Of a DNA stretch of 64,000 nucleotides, positions 28,661 through 38,462 are shown piece by piece. Below the pieces are notes generated by a model. It saw only the letters and a program-made list of their open reading frames with translations, was not told the DNA's origin and did not search any database. The first letter of the stretch is position 1; the number at the start of each line of letters is the position of its first letter. The stretch covers positions 18,701 to 82,700 of the forward strand of contig CAJVZM010000001.1 in NCBI GenBank assembly GCA_913020475.1, in the 5' to 3' direction. The translations under genes were made by a program, and so were the position numbers. This DNA comes from an uncultured Flavobacteriaceae bacterium (lineage in GTDB: Bacteria; Bacteroidota; Bacteroidia; Flavobacteriales; Flavobacteriaceae).

Positions 28661-31600
28661 ATGAGAGAAAGAATCCTTAAATACTTATTTTCCAACCAGT
28701 TAATGGCCATGCTGTTTATTTCATTTTCCACTGCAATGGCATTTGGTACATTCATAGAAAGTTGGTACAGCACTGATACCGCTAAAATATGGGTATATAA
28801 TGCTTGGTGGTTTGAATTGATTTTGATACTATTTATGATGAATTTCTTCGGGAATATTTTCAAATATAGACTTTTAAGAAAAGAAAAATGGGCCATACTG
28901 ATGATTCATTTGTCTTTTATCTTAATCATTTTTGGTGCTTTTATTACTAGATATTTTGGATATGAGGGGGTAATGCCAATTAGAGAAGGGGCCACAGAAA
29001 ACAGCTTTTTGTCCGAAAAAACTTATTTAACCGTTTTTGTAGAGGGACTGATTCAAGGCGTTCCGCAACGCAAAACTTTGGAAAAAGACTTTCTTTTTTC
29101 GGAGCATGTAAATAATGAATTTGAGTGGGATAATGAATTCAACGGTCAACCTTTCTCTATTAGATTTGAAAATTATTCAGAGGATGTCAGCGAACAGCTA
29201 ATATTGGACGATAGTGGAGATCGCTACATCAAAATTGTGGAGTCTTCCGATGGCAGTCGCCATGATCATCCCCTTAAAGAGGGTGAAGTGGCAAATATTC
29301 ATAATATACTTTTTACTCTAAACAACCCTGTAGCTGGCGCTGTAAACATTCGCTCCGAAGAGGGACTGCATTATATTACTACCCCTTTTGATGGGACTTA
29401 TCTCAGAATGGCCACCCAACAGTCTGGCTCGGTACTAAAAGGAATTGAGGAGGAACTAAAATTCCGCTCACTTTACAACCTTGGTGGGTTTCAGTTTGTT
29501 ATTCCTGAGCCTCCATTGAGGGGTAAATTTGATTGGGTTAAGTCAGAGGAGGGAGCCCCAGGTGTTCAGGATGCATTGAAACTCCAAGTAATTACCAATG
29601 GTGTTGAGGAATCTGTTACTGTATTAGGAGGAAAGGGAATGGTGAACAATATGAAAAAAATAAGTTTAGGTGGTCTTGATTTTTATTTTAAATACGGTTC
29701 CAAAAGCTTGGATTTGCCGTTTGCAATCCGTCTTAATGATTTTGTTGCCGAAAAATATCCAGGCACGGAAAATAGTTACTCCTCATTTATGAGTAGAATA
29801 ACAGTAGAGGAACCTGAGCCGTTTGATTATGACATCTACATGAATCACGTTTTAGATTACAAAGGATTTCGTTTTTTTCAGGCTTCATTTGATCCCGATG
29901 AAAAAGGTACTGTACTTTCTGTAAATAACGATTTTTGGGGAACTTGGGTTACTTATGTAGGCTATATTCTTCTTTATTTGAGTATGATGGGTATTTTCTT
30001 TCTAGGAAAAACAAGATTTAAGGATTTGTCAAATGCTTTGGAAAAAATTAAACAAAAAAAGAAAGCCCTCGTTTCTATATTTTTTTTATTGAGCTCTTTT
30101 GGTTTAAATGCTCAAGATCATGATCACCTCCCAAATAAAAATATTGACTTCGATTCCCTAGTCATTGCCAATACCATTGCCAAGGAACACGCGCAGAAGT
30201 TTGGGAGCCTGGTCATTCAAGATACAGGTGGAAGAATGAAACCGGCCAATACTTTTTCTTCCGAACTGCTCCGTAAGGTTAGCAAAAGAGATCACTACGG
30301 GGAGCTTAATGCAGATCAGGTGATGATGTCAATTATTGAAAGTCCTGCACTCTGGTATAATGTTCCAATTATTTATCTTAAGAGAGGAAATGATAGCCTG
30401 CGCAAAATAATTGGGGTGGACATCAAACAAAAGTATGCCTCACTGGTTTCGTTTTTTGACAACCAAGGTAATTACAAAATTTCCTCTCATTTGGAGGGGG
30501 CCTATCGGGCTGCTATTCCCAATCAATTCCAAAAAGATTTTATTGAGGTTGATAAAAGGGTCAACCTTTTTTATTCTGCCTTAGAAGGAAAGGTAATGAG
30601 GGTTTTTCCCATCCCTGATGATTTATCCAACAAGTGGGTCTCTTATCCCGAGTTAAATGAAGCCTCTTTTAAAGGCAAAGACTCCCTTTATGTTCACAAT
30701 ATCTTACCCTTGTATTTCAATTCTTTGAGGTTGGCTAGAGAAGATAATGATTATTCTCAAGCAGATAATTTATTAGAGAGTTTAGAGGGATTCCAGAAGA
30801 AATTTGGAGGTGCAGTATTACCTGCAGAGGATAAGATTGAAGCCGAAATACTTTACAATCAATATGATATTTTCAAAAAACTTTTCAGTTGGTACCTCTA
30901 TTCAGGATTATTCCTTTTTGTGTTATTGATATTTAAAATATTTCAGGAGGGTAAATTTTTAAATTTTAGCATTACTCTACTCAAATGGAGTGCGGTACTT
31001 CTTTTTCTAATCCATACAGCTGGACTTGTTGCGCGATGGTTTATTTCTGGTCATGCGCCTTGGAGTGATGCTTATGAATCGATGATATATGTCGCTTGGG
31101 CCACTATGTTCTTCGGTTTAATCTTCGGCAGAAAATCGGAGTTAACTATAGCCGCCACTACTTTCGTCTCATCGATGGTATTGATGATTGCCCATTGGAA
31201 TTGGATGGATCCGTCAATTGCAAATTTACAGCCTGTACTAGACAGTTATTGGCTAATGATTCATGTTGCAGTTATTGTAGGTAGCTATGGACCTTTTGCA
31301 CTGAGTATGATTATCGGTGTTGTTGCTTTAATTCTTATTTCCATCGCCGGTAAAAAGAATAAAGTAAAAATAGATTTAAACATTAAGGAGTTGACAATTA
31401 TAAATGAACTCTCGCTTACAGTTGGCTTGATCATGTTAACAATAGGAAATTTTCTTGGAGGTATGTGGGCCAATGAAAGTTGGGGACGCTATTGGGGTTG
31501 GGATCCCAAAGAGACCTGGGCCTTGATCAGCATTCTGATATATGCTTTTGTGATTCACATGCGTTTTGTTCCGGGATTAAGAGGAAATTGGACGTTTAAT

Positions 31601-31801
31601 TTCATGAGCATAGTGTCTTTTGCAAGTATATTGATGACCTATTTTGGAGTGAATTTTTATTTGGTTGGATTGCATTCCTATGCCAGTGGAGACAAAATCA
31701 TTACTCCAAGCTTTGTATACTATGCAATTTTGATTGTAGCTTTGTTAGGAGCCTTTTCTTATTGGCGTTATCAGAAAGTTTTTAAGTCCAAAGTTGAATA
31801 G
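28661..31801 (+). CDS. ccsBA: Fused cytochrome c biogenesis protein (ResB/CcsB-like N-terminal part plus CcsA C-terminal part)
   Basis: 1046 aa with many transmembrane segments. The CcsA Trp-rich heme-handling motif WANESWGRYWGWDPKETWA is near the C-terminus. Confidence 0.85.
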   Translation: MRERILKYLFSNQLMAMLFISFSTAMAFGTFIESWYSTDTAKIWVYNAWWFELILILFMMNFFGNIFKYRLLRKEKWAILMIHLSFILIIFGAFITRYFGYEGVMPIREGATENSFLSEKTYLTVFVEGLIQGVPQRKTLEKDFLFSEHVNNEFEWDNEFNGQPFSIRFENYSEDVSEQLILDDSGDRYIKIVESSDGSRHDHPLKEGEVANIHNILFTLNNPVAGAVNIRSEEGLHYITTPFDGTYLRMATQQSGSVLKGIEEELKFRSLYNLGGFQFVIPEPPLRGKFDWVKSEEGAPGVQDALKLQVITNGVEESVTVLGGKGMVNNMKKISLGGLDFYFKYGSKSLDLPFAIRLNDFVAEKYPGTENSYSSFMSRITVEEPEPFDYDIYMNHVLDYKGFRFFQASFDPDEKGTVLSVNNDFWGTWVTYVGYILLYLSMMGIFFLGKTRFKDLSNALEKIKQKKKALVSIFFLLSSFGLNAQDHDHLPNKNIDFDSLVIANTIAKEHAQKFGSLVIQDTGGRMKPANTFSSELLRKVSKRDHYGELNADQVMMSIIESPALWYNVPIIYLKRGNDSLRKIIGVDIKQKYASLVSFFDNQGNYKISSHLEGAYRAAIPNQFQKDFIEVDKRVNLFYSALEGKVMRVFPIPDDLSNKWVSYPELNEASFKGKDSLYVHNILPLYFNSLRLAREDNDYSQADNLLESLEGFQKKFGGAVLPAEDKIEAEILYNQYDIFKKLFSWYLYSGLFLFVLLIFKIFQEGKFLNFSITLLKWSAVLLFLIHTAGLVARWFISGHAPWSDAYESMIYVAWATMFFGLIFGRKSELTIAATTFVSSMVLMIAHWNWMDPSIANLQPVLDSYWLMIHVAVIVGSYGPFALSMIIGVVALILISIAGKKNKVKIDLNIKELTIINELSLTVGLIMLTIGNFLGGMWANESWGRYWGWDPKETWALISILIYAFVIHMRFVPGLRGNWTFNFMSIVSFASILMTYFGVNFYLVGLHSYASGDKIITPSFVYYAILIVALLGAFSYWRYQKVFKSKVE

Positions 31802-31825
31802 TTCTTATAAAAGATTTCAAAAAAT

Positions 31826-32254
31826 ATGAGAATTTTAATGGTGTCCTTTTTTGTTTTTTTTTACCTCGCTTGTGAAAAAGACAAACCAGATCCTTTAATT
31901 GATTTTGAAATCAATAAAAACAATTGGGAATCACTTAATATTAATTCTTACACCTACAACTTTCAAGTTTCTTGTTACTGCCCAGACGAGATTACTTCAC
32001 CCAAAGAAGTTGAAGTGATTGATGGAGAAATCGTCATTGTTAACAATACTAACTATAATGCTGAATTGCATTGGGGGGTGCTTTCCATAGAACAATTATT
32101 TTATGTTATTGAAGAAGCCCAAAAAAATAAAGCTGCGGTTATAAAAGCAGAATACCATGAAGAAAAAGGTTATCCTGTTACAGTTTATATTGATCAAGAG
32201 GAAATGATAGCAGATGAAGAAATGGGTTACTTTGTTAGTGACCTTAATTACTAA
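31826..32254 (+). CDS. Small lipoprotein of unknown function (DUF6174-like)
   Basis: 142 aa with lipobox FYLAC. YTYNFQVSCYCPDE ... VIDGEIV ... GYPVTVYIDQEEMIADEE resembles my recollection of DUF6174. Support is weak. Confidence 0.4.
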   Translation: MRILMVSFFVFFYLACEKDKPDPLIDFEINKNNWESLNINSYTYNFQVSCYCPDEITSPKEVEVIDGEIVIVNNTNYNAELHWGVLSIEQLFYVIEEAQKNKAAVIKAEYHEEKGYPVTVYIDQEEMIADEEMGYFVSDLNY

Positions 32255-32439
32255 ATTTCAGATGTGTCTGGAAAACATCTACGTCAATGCCTGTGACCCA
32301 CATTTTAAAGTTTTTTCTACCACTTTTTACGAACTATCAGCTTTAACACCAAGTCCAATTATTAATTTGTTGAATAGTTTTTTTAAAAGTTCAATAAAAA
32401 GTAATTAGAATCTTGGAAAACATTCAATAAAATATAATT

Positions 32440-33687
32440 TTATTGCTTTTTATTCTTAGCGAAATTGGAATTAGAAGTATACTCGAAGCACTCTAGTTTA
32501 AAGTAAGTAATTGCTGCCAACAAATGATCGAAAATGTCAGACATGATGCGTTCATAATTGACCCACACTTTGTCTTTTACAAAAACATAAATTTCCAAAG
32601 GAACTCCTTCTGAGGTGGGAGCTAGTTGTCTGACCATTACAGTTAAATCTTTATTTATCTCTGGATGATTTTTCAGATAGGCCAATGCATAACGTCTAAA
32701 AAGTCCAATATTAGTCATGTTTCTTCCATTGAGTAAGAGAGACTTATCGGTTTTGTTGGTACTGTTTTCGATTTCAATATCTTCCTTTCTCCTTCGGATG
32801 TAGTCAGTAATTCGCTCAATCTTCTCTAGTTCATTTAGTTGTTCAAGCTCAATAAATTTGATACTGGAAACTCGAATCAGCAGTGATCGTTTTATTCTTC
32901 TTCCTCCCGACTCGCTCATTCCACGCCAATTCACAAAAGAATCTGAAACTAACTTATAAGTGGGGATGGAGGTAATGGTATTATCAAAGTTTTGAACTTT
33001 GACAGTAGAAAGGTTAATTTCTATTACATCTCCATCAGCATTGTAGCTTTTCATGGTGATCCAATCACCTATCCTTACATTGTCGTTTATGGTTACTTGT
33101 ATGCTTGCCACAAAACCGAGGATAGAGTCCTTAAAAATCAACAAAATAACAGCCGAAAGTGCACCCAAAGTTGCCAAAAAGGTACCGATGTCTTTGCCTG
33201 ATAATATGGAAAAAATAAACATAACTCCAACGAACCACACAAAAATCATAACAACCTGAATATAGCTGTCAATTGGTTTGTTTTTAAAATTTTTGAGAGT
33301 TTTAAAAAAGTCTTTAAAAGCCTTCAACAAACGTCTTATCAAAAGTATGGAGAAAATGGCAACCAAAATCTCTAATAGAGAGGCTAAGGGTTCTTGGATT
33401 AGAGGGAAAGAGCTTAAGGATTGTGGGAGAAAACCTATAAGTAAGATGAGTGGCGGAAATAATGAGATTGTCTCTGGGATTTTATTTTTGACTAAATAAT
33501 CGTCAAATTTTGATTTTGTCCTTTTGGAAACTTTAAAAAAAATTATCCTAAAAATTCGTTTACTGACCATCCAAAAAATTAAGGCCAATAGTCCGATGAT
33601 AAGACCAAAGGTGATGGCTTCTAAATCCTCAGCGATTGTAGGAATAATTCCCAAACGTTGGTAAAATTTTAGCAAAATTTCCTTCAT
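32440..33687 (-). CDS. Mechanosensitive ion channel (MscS) family protein
   Basis: 415 aa with N-terminal transmembrane helices. The MscS beta-domain pattern is IRIGDWITMKSYNADGDVIEINLSTVKVQNFDNTITSIPT. Confidence 0.8.
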   Translation of the reverse strand: MKEILLKFYQRLGIIPTIAEDLEAITFGLIIGLLALIFWMVSKRIFRIIFFKVSKRTKSKFDDYLVKNKIPETISLFPPLILLIGFLPQSLSSFPLIQEPLASLLEILVAIFSILLIRRLLKAFKDFFKTLKNFKNKPIDSYIQVVMIFVWFVGVMFIFSILSGKDIGTFLATLGALSAVILLIFKDSILGFVASIQVTINDNVRIGDWITMKSYNADGDVIEINLSTVKVQNFDNTITSIPTYKLVSDSFVNWRGMSESGGRRIKRSLLIRVSSIKFIELEQLNELEKIERITDYIRRRKEDIEIENSTNKTDKSLLLNGRNMTNIGLFRRYALAYLKNHPEINKDLTVMVRQLAPTSEGVPLEIYVFVKDKVWVNYERIMSDIFDHLLAAITYFKLECFEYTSNSNFAKNKKQ

Positions 33688-33751
33688 AAGGTTTTTAAAT
33701 AATGGACTAAATTACAGTAAAAATCCTTTTGAACTATCAAGAACTCAAGCA

Positions 33752-33780
33752 AATAAAAAAACCCCTAAAAAGGGGTTTAT
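33752..33780 (-). terminator. Rho-independent terminator after the second DUF2911 gene
   Basis: There is an 8-bp stem AAACCCCT/AGGGGTTT (33759-33778) with a 4-nt loop, followed on the minus strand by a T run. It lies 21 nt after the stop at 33799. Confidence 0.6.
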
Positions 33781-33798
33781 TTTATAGTTTCATTTGAT

Positions 33799-34329
33799 CT
33801 ATAGAATGGTAATGGGAATCTCTACCCTTACATTTCCCCAACCGGCATGAAGAATAGCATTCTTTTCTTTACCGCTAAAGGCAAAAGAAAAAGATTCTAT
33901 ATATTGGGTTGAATCCATTACGGGTACCTCTAATCTTGCAACGTCTTTTGATTTGTCATATCCATAGGCTCCCCAGACGTTTGTTGCTGAATTAATAATT
34001 ATTTCTAAGGACTCGTCTTTGGGGTAAGAATACATGGTGTATGTACCTGCTTTAATTACGGTGTCTCCCAATTTAATAGACTTATTAAGTCTGACCTCTG
34101 TTGCTTCATTAGCTCCAGTTCTCCAAATCTTATAGGTGGGAACGACATCCTCTAAATTTCTTCCTCTTAACTGAGGGCGGCTGTAAGTGATCACGACAGC
34201 CTTATCCGTCACTCGGTTGGAGGCAGGATAAAACACACGATCCATTGGGCTTTTGTCCAAACCTTTAAAATCTTGAGCTTGTGCAATGGTAGCTATGGAT
34301 ACAAGAATGAAAATTGATAATTTCTTCAT
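33799..34329 (-). CDS. DUF2911 domain protein, secreted
   Basis: 176 aa with a signal peptide. YSRPQLRGRNLEDVVPTYKIWRTGANEATEVRL ... IKAGTYTMY parallels the core of the paralogue at 21307. Confidence 0.6.
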   Translation of the reverse strand: MKKLSIFILVSIATIAQAQDFKGLDKSPMDRVFYPASNRVTDKAVVITYSRPQLRGRNLEDVVPTYKIWRTGANEATEVRLNKSIKLGDTVIKAGTYTMYSYPKDESLEIIINSATNVWGAYGYDKSKDVARLEVPVMDSTQYIESFSFAFSGKEKNAILHAGWGNVRVEIPITIL

Positions 34330-34352
34330 TGAATTATTTATTGAGTTAAAAA

Positions 34353-34544
34353 TTAATTGTTACAAACCATTTCAACACCACAACATGAGGGTGACTTTAT
34401 TTTTCCCTCACATTCGGGACATCTAGAAACTTGGACTTCAGTTCCATCATCTAGCTTTAAGATATCATCAACTAAAGCTTTATCACATTTGGCGCAACTT
34501 GCATTGACAGCCATGTCGCAGTTATTACATTCGTATGTTGCCAT
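34353..34544 (-). CDS. Small Cys-rich protein, putative metal-binding (two Cys4-type knuckle sets)
   Basis: 63 aa with 9 Cys arranged CxxC-x7-CxxC ... CxxC-x8-CC-x5-C. It has an ATG start and lies 23 nt upstream of, and co-directional with, the DUF2911 gene. The antisense ORF of similar size has no such pattern. Confidence 0.5.
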   Translation of the reverse strand: MATYECNNCDMAVNASCAKCDKALVDDILKLDDGTEVQVSRCPECEGKIKSPSCCGVEMVCNN

Positions 34545-34602
34545 GATTTTTATTTAAAGGTAATAAGTTTTCAGAAATTTTAGCTAACGGAATTCATTTT
34601 AA

Positions 34603-36915
34603 TCACTTTACCTCTAATAAATTACTTCCAGAGTAAAAATTCTTCAAATGAAAATATCCTTTTTCCGATTTATTTTGGGTGGGTTTGCCGTTTATATACA
34701 GCTTTTTATCTCCCTTAAGGGCAGGTATTTTAAGATCTCCCTTAACCCCACCAGGGAGTTTCACTTTCATTGCATAAGTGCTATCAGTCTGACGACAATC
34801 AACCTCAACGGATCCTGATATAAAACTGGTTTTCAGGTTTGCATATTCAAGTGCTCCGATTTTGGGATGAATTTTAATGTTTTGTGCTCCTGGGGTTAGG
34901 GGAGCTACTCCCATCATTTTTCTGACTATGATGTTTGCCGGTGCACCACCCCAAGCGTGGTTTAAATCCAAATTGGGTTTGTACCTTTTGTCCCATGCTT
35001 CCATAGTAATGGTAGAGCCATAGCGAATCATATTGTACCAACTCCTTTCGGTTTTGGCAGCCATTAGTTCTATGGCATGATTCTCTTCCCCGTAATCAAA
35101 AAGGCCCTCTAATAAAATTTGTGATCCATACACACTGCATGACATCTTTTTTTGTTCTATATATTTAACTACATTTTGAATGTTTTTTTCTGGGATTAAA
35201 CCAAAAGTAAGAGCAAACATGTTTGCATGTTGTGATTTATGGTCAGTATCTTCTCCATCGTTGATCAATCCATTGGTTTTGTCTTGAAATATGTCCAGAT
35301 AAGCTTTTTTAAGTTTTTTACTATGAGTTAGAAATAAAATTGAATCTTCTTTTTGATCCAAGTCAAGAGCAATTTTACCCATTATTTTTAGTGCTCCATA
35401 ATACAAGGCGTTTACCACTGCATTGTATTTTTGATATACATAACCATCATTTTCTCCAGCATACTCTTTTTCTGTCCCTGTAAAATGATTCAAGTTTTCA
35501 TATCCTCCAGGGGGACTCGCTTGAGGCCAGTCCACTATGTCCCTAAGGTTGTTATTCTTCCCCCAGTGATTTTTATGAAGTTTTTCAAAAAAATCCTCCG
35601 TTTGTTTTCCGGTTAAAGTACTAATTAGGCCCGTCTCGTTGGACAAGTCCATTAGTGTTTTGATTTTTAGCTCATGATAGTATTTTACGATAAAACGATT
35701 GTCCCCTGTGTAGAGATAATCATACCAAGCCATCAATATATTGTAAAGCGTCCATTCTGTTGGCCATGTTGGGTTGAATAACAGGTGTTTCATACTTCCC
35801 CTAGCAATACCGTATTCTGCATCCACCGCATAATGAGAAAGTTGATTGATATATGCATCGGCTTCATAAGGAATTCGTTCTCTGTCACCGTCTACATAAT
35901 AGCCACAAAAACTCGTGGCTTTCATGGAATATTTACAAAATTCCCAAACATGGTTCAATACTTCATTACTAGACTCAAAAGACGAGGCTGAATCTACGAA
36001 AGTATAATTTACCTTTGTTCTGACCACTTGATGAGCTTTTAAAGTTCCTTGACTCCCTTTTAGTTCAACAAATCTGAATGGATAGACCTCTCCGATATAG
36101 TCTGGCATTTTTATCATAAAACGGTTACTGGCCCTTTTTTTATTTTCTGGCCAAACGATTTCATACCAATGTGTTCCAGGCTTTAATTTCAGTTGGGTTT
36201 GATAATACCTAATATTTTTCCCAGGATTAGTATCAATGGAAAATTCGTTTTTTTGTTTCATTTCACCAACACTGACTAAAACAGAATCTTCTTTTATGGA
36301 ACTCAATTCAATTTTGAGCTTGGCAAAAGCCGCTTTTCTGAAATCTAGAAAATAGTTTCCATCTCTTTTTTTGGTCATTTCAGGAAACTCATCCATAGTG
36401 ACCAGTGGTTCTTGAGAGAATTTTTCCGAAGTTGCATTTGGATCAATTATAAATGCTCTAGGCTTTGAATAGACAGAGTTTTGATCGCTATTTTCCCAAT
36501 ATCGAACTTTCCAGTAATAGACTTTATTTTTTTGAAGAGGTTTACCTGCATACAAGGAAGAGCACTTTTGGGTATTTACTTTTCCACTGTCCCAAAAATC
36601 ACCTTTATTTTGATCTAATCCTTCCCGATTACTGCTGACCAAAATCTGATGGGCTGTGATATTTTGAGACCGGTCGTCAAGTATCCAATGGAATAGTGGG
36701 TTTTCAGATTGAACTTTAGCAATTTCATACTTCCCTTCGTTCAAAATACCGTCATGCAATAAAAGGGATTGTTTTTTACCATTTAGACCAATATAATCTG
36801 CATTACGCATTAAATCGACTCTTAAGTTTTTTGGTCGATTTTTTTCTTTTACACAGCTTTGGAAGGATAGGGTGGTGAGTATAATTATAAGTGTGTTTAA
36901 AGCCTTTATTTTCAT
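34603..36915 (-). CDS. GH78-like alpha-L-rhamnosidase family lipoprotein
   Basis: 770 aa with lipobox LSFQSC. It has the N-terminal pattern HQILVSS...GDFWDSGKV...LYAGKPLQKNKVYYWKVRYW and the C-terminal pattern HAWGGAPANIIVRKMMGVAPLTPGAQNIKIHP, both typical of GH78. Confidence 0.7.
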   Translation of the reverse strand: MKIKALNTLIIILTTLSFQSCVKEKNRPKNLRVDLMRNADYIGLNGKKQSLLLHDGILNEGKYEIAKVQSENPLFHWILDDRSQNITAHQILVSSNREGLDQNKGDFWDSGKVNTQKCSSLYAGKPLQKNKVYYWKVRYWENSDQNSVYSKPRAFIIDPNATSEKFSQEPLVTMDEFPEMTKKRDGNYFLDFRKAAFAKLKIELSSIKEDSVLVSVGEMKQKNEFSIDTNPGKNIRYYQTQLKLKPGTHWYEIVWPENKKRASNRFMIKMPDYIGEVYPFRFVELKGSQGTLKAHQVVRTKVNYTFVDSASSFESSNEVLNHVWEFCKYSMKATSFCGYYVDGDRERIPYEADAYINQLSHYAVDAEYGIARGSMKHLLFNPTWPTEWTLYNILMAWYDYLYTGDNRFIVKYYHELKIKTLMDLSNETGLISTLTGKQTEDFFEKLHKNHWGKNNNLRDIVDWPQASPPGGYENLNHFTGTEKEYAGENDGYVYQKYNAVVNALYYGALKIMGKIALDLDQKEDSILFLTHSKKLKKAYLDIFQDKTNGLINDGEDTDHKSQHANMFALTFGLIPEKNIQNVVKYIEQKKMSCSVYGSQILLEGLFDYGEENHAIELMAAKTERSWYNMIRYGSTITMEAWDKRYKPNLDLNHAWGGAPANIIVRKMMGVAPLTPGAQNIKIHPKIGALEYANLKTSFISGSVEVDCRQTDSTYAMKVKLPGGVKGDLKIPALKGDKKLYINGKPTQNKSEKGYFHLKNFYSGSNLLEVK

Positions 36916-37118
36916 TGTATTTTGATTTGTTGGATATACAATTCCTTAGGTTTCACAGCGAATTTTATCCTCAATATTTAAGGCTCCCTATTTATAATTG
37001 GGTTGTAAACATAAAACTTAAAATGACGAGGATCAATTGTAAAATATTTTTTTTCAATTCTTAAAATCAAGAATGCTTGTAAAGAAAGTTTTATACACCA
37101 TAAAAATAAAATACAAAT

Positions 37119-38441
37119 TTAATCTATGTATTGATTTTTTCCATTTTGTTTCAAAAGCTCAAAACGGTCAAATAATTCTCCCGTGGCGGTAAAAGAGCGA
37201 TAAATCAATTGATCACCATCGATTGAAATGTGCTGAAACAACTGTTTACGTTCTCCGTTCTTTTCTTGTACGGCTCCAAATTTATCCCATCCCGACTCAT
37301 TGACAGAATACATTTTGCCGCCACTTACTGAGACAACATATACAGGGCCCATTAATTCTTTGTTTTGATCACTTCTATTCACAACAATGGGGTTTTCAAA
37401 TATTGCTCCTCTGGCATAGCTGTGGTCATGTCCCTGAAGTGCCAAGTCCACATTATATTGATCAAACAGTGGCTTCCAATATTTTCGTAGTTCAGGATTA
37501 TCTCTTCCTGTAGATGCAGAAAAGATGGGGTGATGAAAGGTAACTACAGTCCATTTTTTATTGTTTTCTTCCAAAACTTTTTTTAGCCATTGGGCCTGAA
37601 GTTTGATGGCCCTATTGCTGTTGAGGGCAATCACTCTTAGATTGGGATAATCTATATAATAACAGGTTTTGTGTAATTCCTGAGGGCCATTTTTTGGAAA
37701 ACCAAACTGCGCGTCCCATTGAATGGAGAGCTCTGGTTTGTCTCGAGGTCTGTTGGCATTTAATCCCCGATACTCGTGGTTTCCCGGAACTGCAATTGCA
37801 GGTATTTCGCTATGGATAAATCCTCCAGCTGCAAACCATTCATTCCACTCACTTTCATCGTGGGCGGTATCGATCAAATCTCCTGCATGGATAAAAAAGT
37901 CTGCATTCGGTGCTTTTTTATAGGCATTTCTGATCACCCTAGACCACAATTCCAAAATGTAATTTTGCGCGTCACCCACATACAAGAAGGAAAGGGGGGT
38001 AGATTGGTTACTGGCAGTTGAAAATTGATGCCATTCACTTTTGAAATTATCGTTACCCACACGATAAGCATAAAGAGTATTGGGTTTTAACCCATTGAGT
38101 TGTACTTCAAAAAAGGAAGATTTAAAACCATCTTTGGATGCCTCAGCTGAGTTGATAAGGGTTCTCTTAGCTGGATAAGCTTTTGTGTTAATTCTAAATT
38201 CTGGCCCTGGCCCCGCGATTCCAATCTCTAGATAGCCCACTGTATTATTGGCATGAGTTCGCCAGTTGACACCAATCGATTGAGTGGGGTCGGCTGTAGC
38301 ACTTAATATAATGTGATCCGGAAATTCATCAGGTGCAGCCCATTTCTTGATAATTTTATCTAGTTGTTTTTGGGTTTGTTGTGCCCAACTGATTTGAAGG
38401 GAGAGAAATATAGAGCTGCCGATCAAAAACTTTTTTAACAT
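37119..38441 (-). CDS. Purple-acid-phosphatase-like metallophosphoesterase, secreted
   Basis: 440 aa with a signal peptide and an N-terminal Fn3-like part (YAYRVGN). The calcineurin-like motifs GDAQN, HAGDLID, GNHEY, FHHP and GHDHSY are present. Confidence 0.75.
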   Translation of the reverse strand: MLKKFLIGSSIFLSLQISWAQQTQKQLDKIIKKWAAPDEFPDHIILSATADPTQSIGVNWRTHANNTVGYLEIGIAGPGPEFRINTKAYPAKRTLINSAEASKDGFKSSFFEVQLNGLKPNTLYAYRVGNDNFKSEWHQFSTASNQSTPLSFLYVGDAQNYILELWSRVIRNAYKKAPNADFFIHAGDLIDTAHDESEWNEWFAAGGFIHSEIPAIAVPGNHEYRGLNANRPRDKPELSIQWDAQFGFPKNGPQELHKTCYYIDYPNLRVIALNSNRAIKLQAQWLKKVLEENNKKWTVVTFHHPIFSASTGRDNPELRKYWKPLFDQYNVDLALQGHDHSYARGAIFENPIVVNRSDQNKELMGPVYVVSVSGGKMYSVNESGWDKFGAVQEKNGERKQLFQHISIDGDQLIYRSFTATGELFDRFELLKQNGKNQYID

Positions 38442-38462
38442 ACTGTAAATATGGTAGTTTTT

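Noticed and set aside
32214-32408. A 64-aa ORF in the gap between the small lipoprotein gene and the MscS gene.
   Set aside because: It overlaps the 3' end of the preceding gene in another frame, has no motif or signal, and its composition looks like translated AT-rich spacer.
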